Below are positions 63,566-64,000 of a DNA stretch of 64,000 bases, piece by piece; position 1 is the stretch's first letter; each line of letters starts with the position of its first letter. The notes under the pieces are model-generated. The model made no database searches, was not told the DNA's origin, and worked only from the letters and a program-made list of their open reading frames with translations. The DNA is taken from the IMG/VR virus record IMGVR_UViG_3300037590_000079, positions 32,001 to 96,000 of that record. The stretch is one strand, 5' to 3'. The position numbers were made by a program, and so were the translations under genes. The DNA is from a virus (Duplodnaviria; Caudoviricetes).

Positions 63566-63727
63566 CTATCGGTATGCAGCGGCTTGCTCAGGCGTCATCA
63601 GGCCGAGAAGGACAGAGGTGTCGGCGGGAGCGACGGTCACGGCGATCATCAGCGCCATCAGGAGCACGCCGGCGACGAGCACGGCCAGGCCGCTGAGCAG
63701 TTCGAGCAGTTCCTCCAGCACGCTCAC
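63566..63727 (-). CDS. Small membrane protein
   Basis: AGGAGG RBS, GTGA coupling, one transmembrane helix. Confidence 0.55.
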   Translation of the reverse strand: MSVLEELLELLSGLAVLVAGVLLMALMIAVTVAPADTSVLLGLMTPEQAAAYR

Positions 63728-63912
63728 GCCTCCTTTGCCTGAAGGGCGCTCAGCGAGCCGCGCAGACGCCGCAGCAGCGCGATTTCCTGCCGCACCAGCG
63801 GGCGCATGATCGCGTGCGCGTTGCGACCGCGAAGCCACACTCTGACGCGCGATTCCTGCGCGCTGATCGCGCCGATGAGGCGCTGCTTCTCGATTTCGTG
63901 ACGGTTTTGCAT
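63724..63912 (-). CDS. Hypothetical protein
   Basis: Purine-rich leader; operator copy upstream (63942-63957). Confidence 0.6.
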   Translation of the reverse strand: MQNRHEIEKQRLIGAISAQESRVRVWLRGRNAHAIMRPLVRQEIALLRRLRGSLSALQAKEA

Positions 63913-64000
63913 GGTAGTCTCGCTCTCTGCTTGCGTTTTCAGTAAGTTATGAATGACACGCGTAGAGACGGATTGCGGCAGGCATCGACAGGTGCGCGCA

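Larger units (their letters stand above)
1..64000. mobile_element. Segment of a large phage-plasmid (plasmid prophage) of an alphaproteobacterium
   Basis: Phage replication/recombination genes, rIIA/rIIB, HNH genes and dozens of small overlapping ORFs, together with plasmid repC and a dif site. No host housekeeping operons. Capsid/terminase genes are not in this window. Confidence 0.85.

Noticed and set aside
1332-63957. CRISPR array or Dnd/REP-type repeats as the explanation for recurring TAAGTAAG motifs
   Set aside because: Copies are dispersed, degenerate and promoter-linked, not regularly spaced identical repeats; no cas genes.
1-64000. tRNA/rRNA genes and IS elements
   Set aside because: No cloverleaf with T-loop/CCA pattern, rRNA-like tract or transposase was recognised by eye; tRNAscan-SE and ISEScan would confirm.

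Overview
The whole window looks like part of a large temperate phage-plasmid of an alphaproteobacterium (GC-rich, almost all genes on +). Its gene content resembles SSU5/pHCM2-type phage-plasmids, but it uses a repABC-type RepC initiator. 1-31 kb is a replication/recombination/repair module: primase, ATP-dependent ligase, RtcB, CobT/CobS-like vWA + AAA+ pair, sigma-like protein, DnaE with a C-terminal UDG-like domain, MazG, UvsY-like, SSB, 5'-3' exonuclease, RecA, SbcD/SbcC, RNase H and RuvC. A plasmid-maintenance cassette is embedded at 5.5-7.4 kb: stand-alone repC on -, a probable antisense ctRNA, a XerCD dif-like site and an HTH repressor. 29-42 kb holds nucleotide metabolism genes (class II RNR, glutaredoxin, ThyX, dUTPase, kinase, HD hydrolase), rIIA/rIIB, an HNH nuclease and a DnaQ-like exonuclease. 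42-58 kb is a dense array of small hypothetical genes. 58-59.6 kb is a structured non-coding region with phased palindromes, IHF-like sites, an AT-rich core and direct repeats. 59.6-64 kb has small, separately promoted genes. Signals not explained by gene annotation: (i) about 27 copies of a 16-bp quasi-palindromic operator, mostly beside TGCTATA -10 elements, across the window; (ii) unrelated proteins sharing short C-terminal peptide tags (acidic-YxxNPxxGxF in three proteins; AAxxGDxSAAxNK in two); (iii) a mini-protein with terminase-like Walker A/B motifs; (iv) several structured RNA/hairpin switches. No tRNA, rRNA, CRISPR array or IS was recognised. All family calls come from motifs read by eye, not from database searches.
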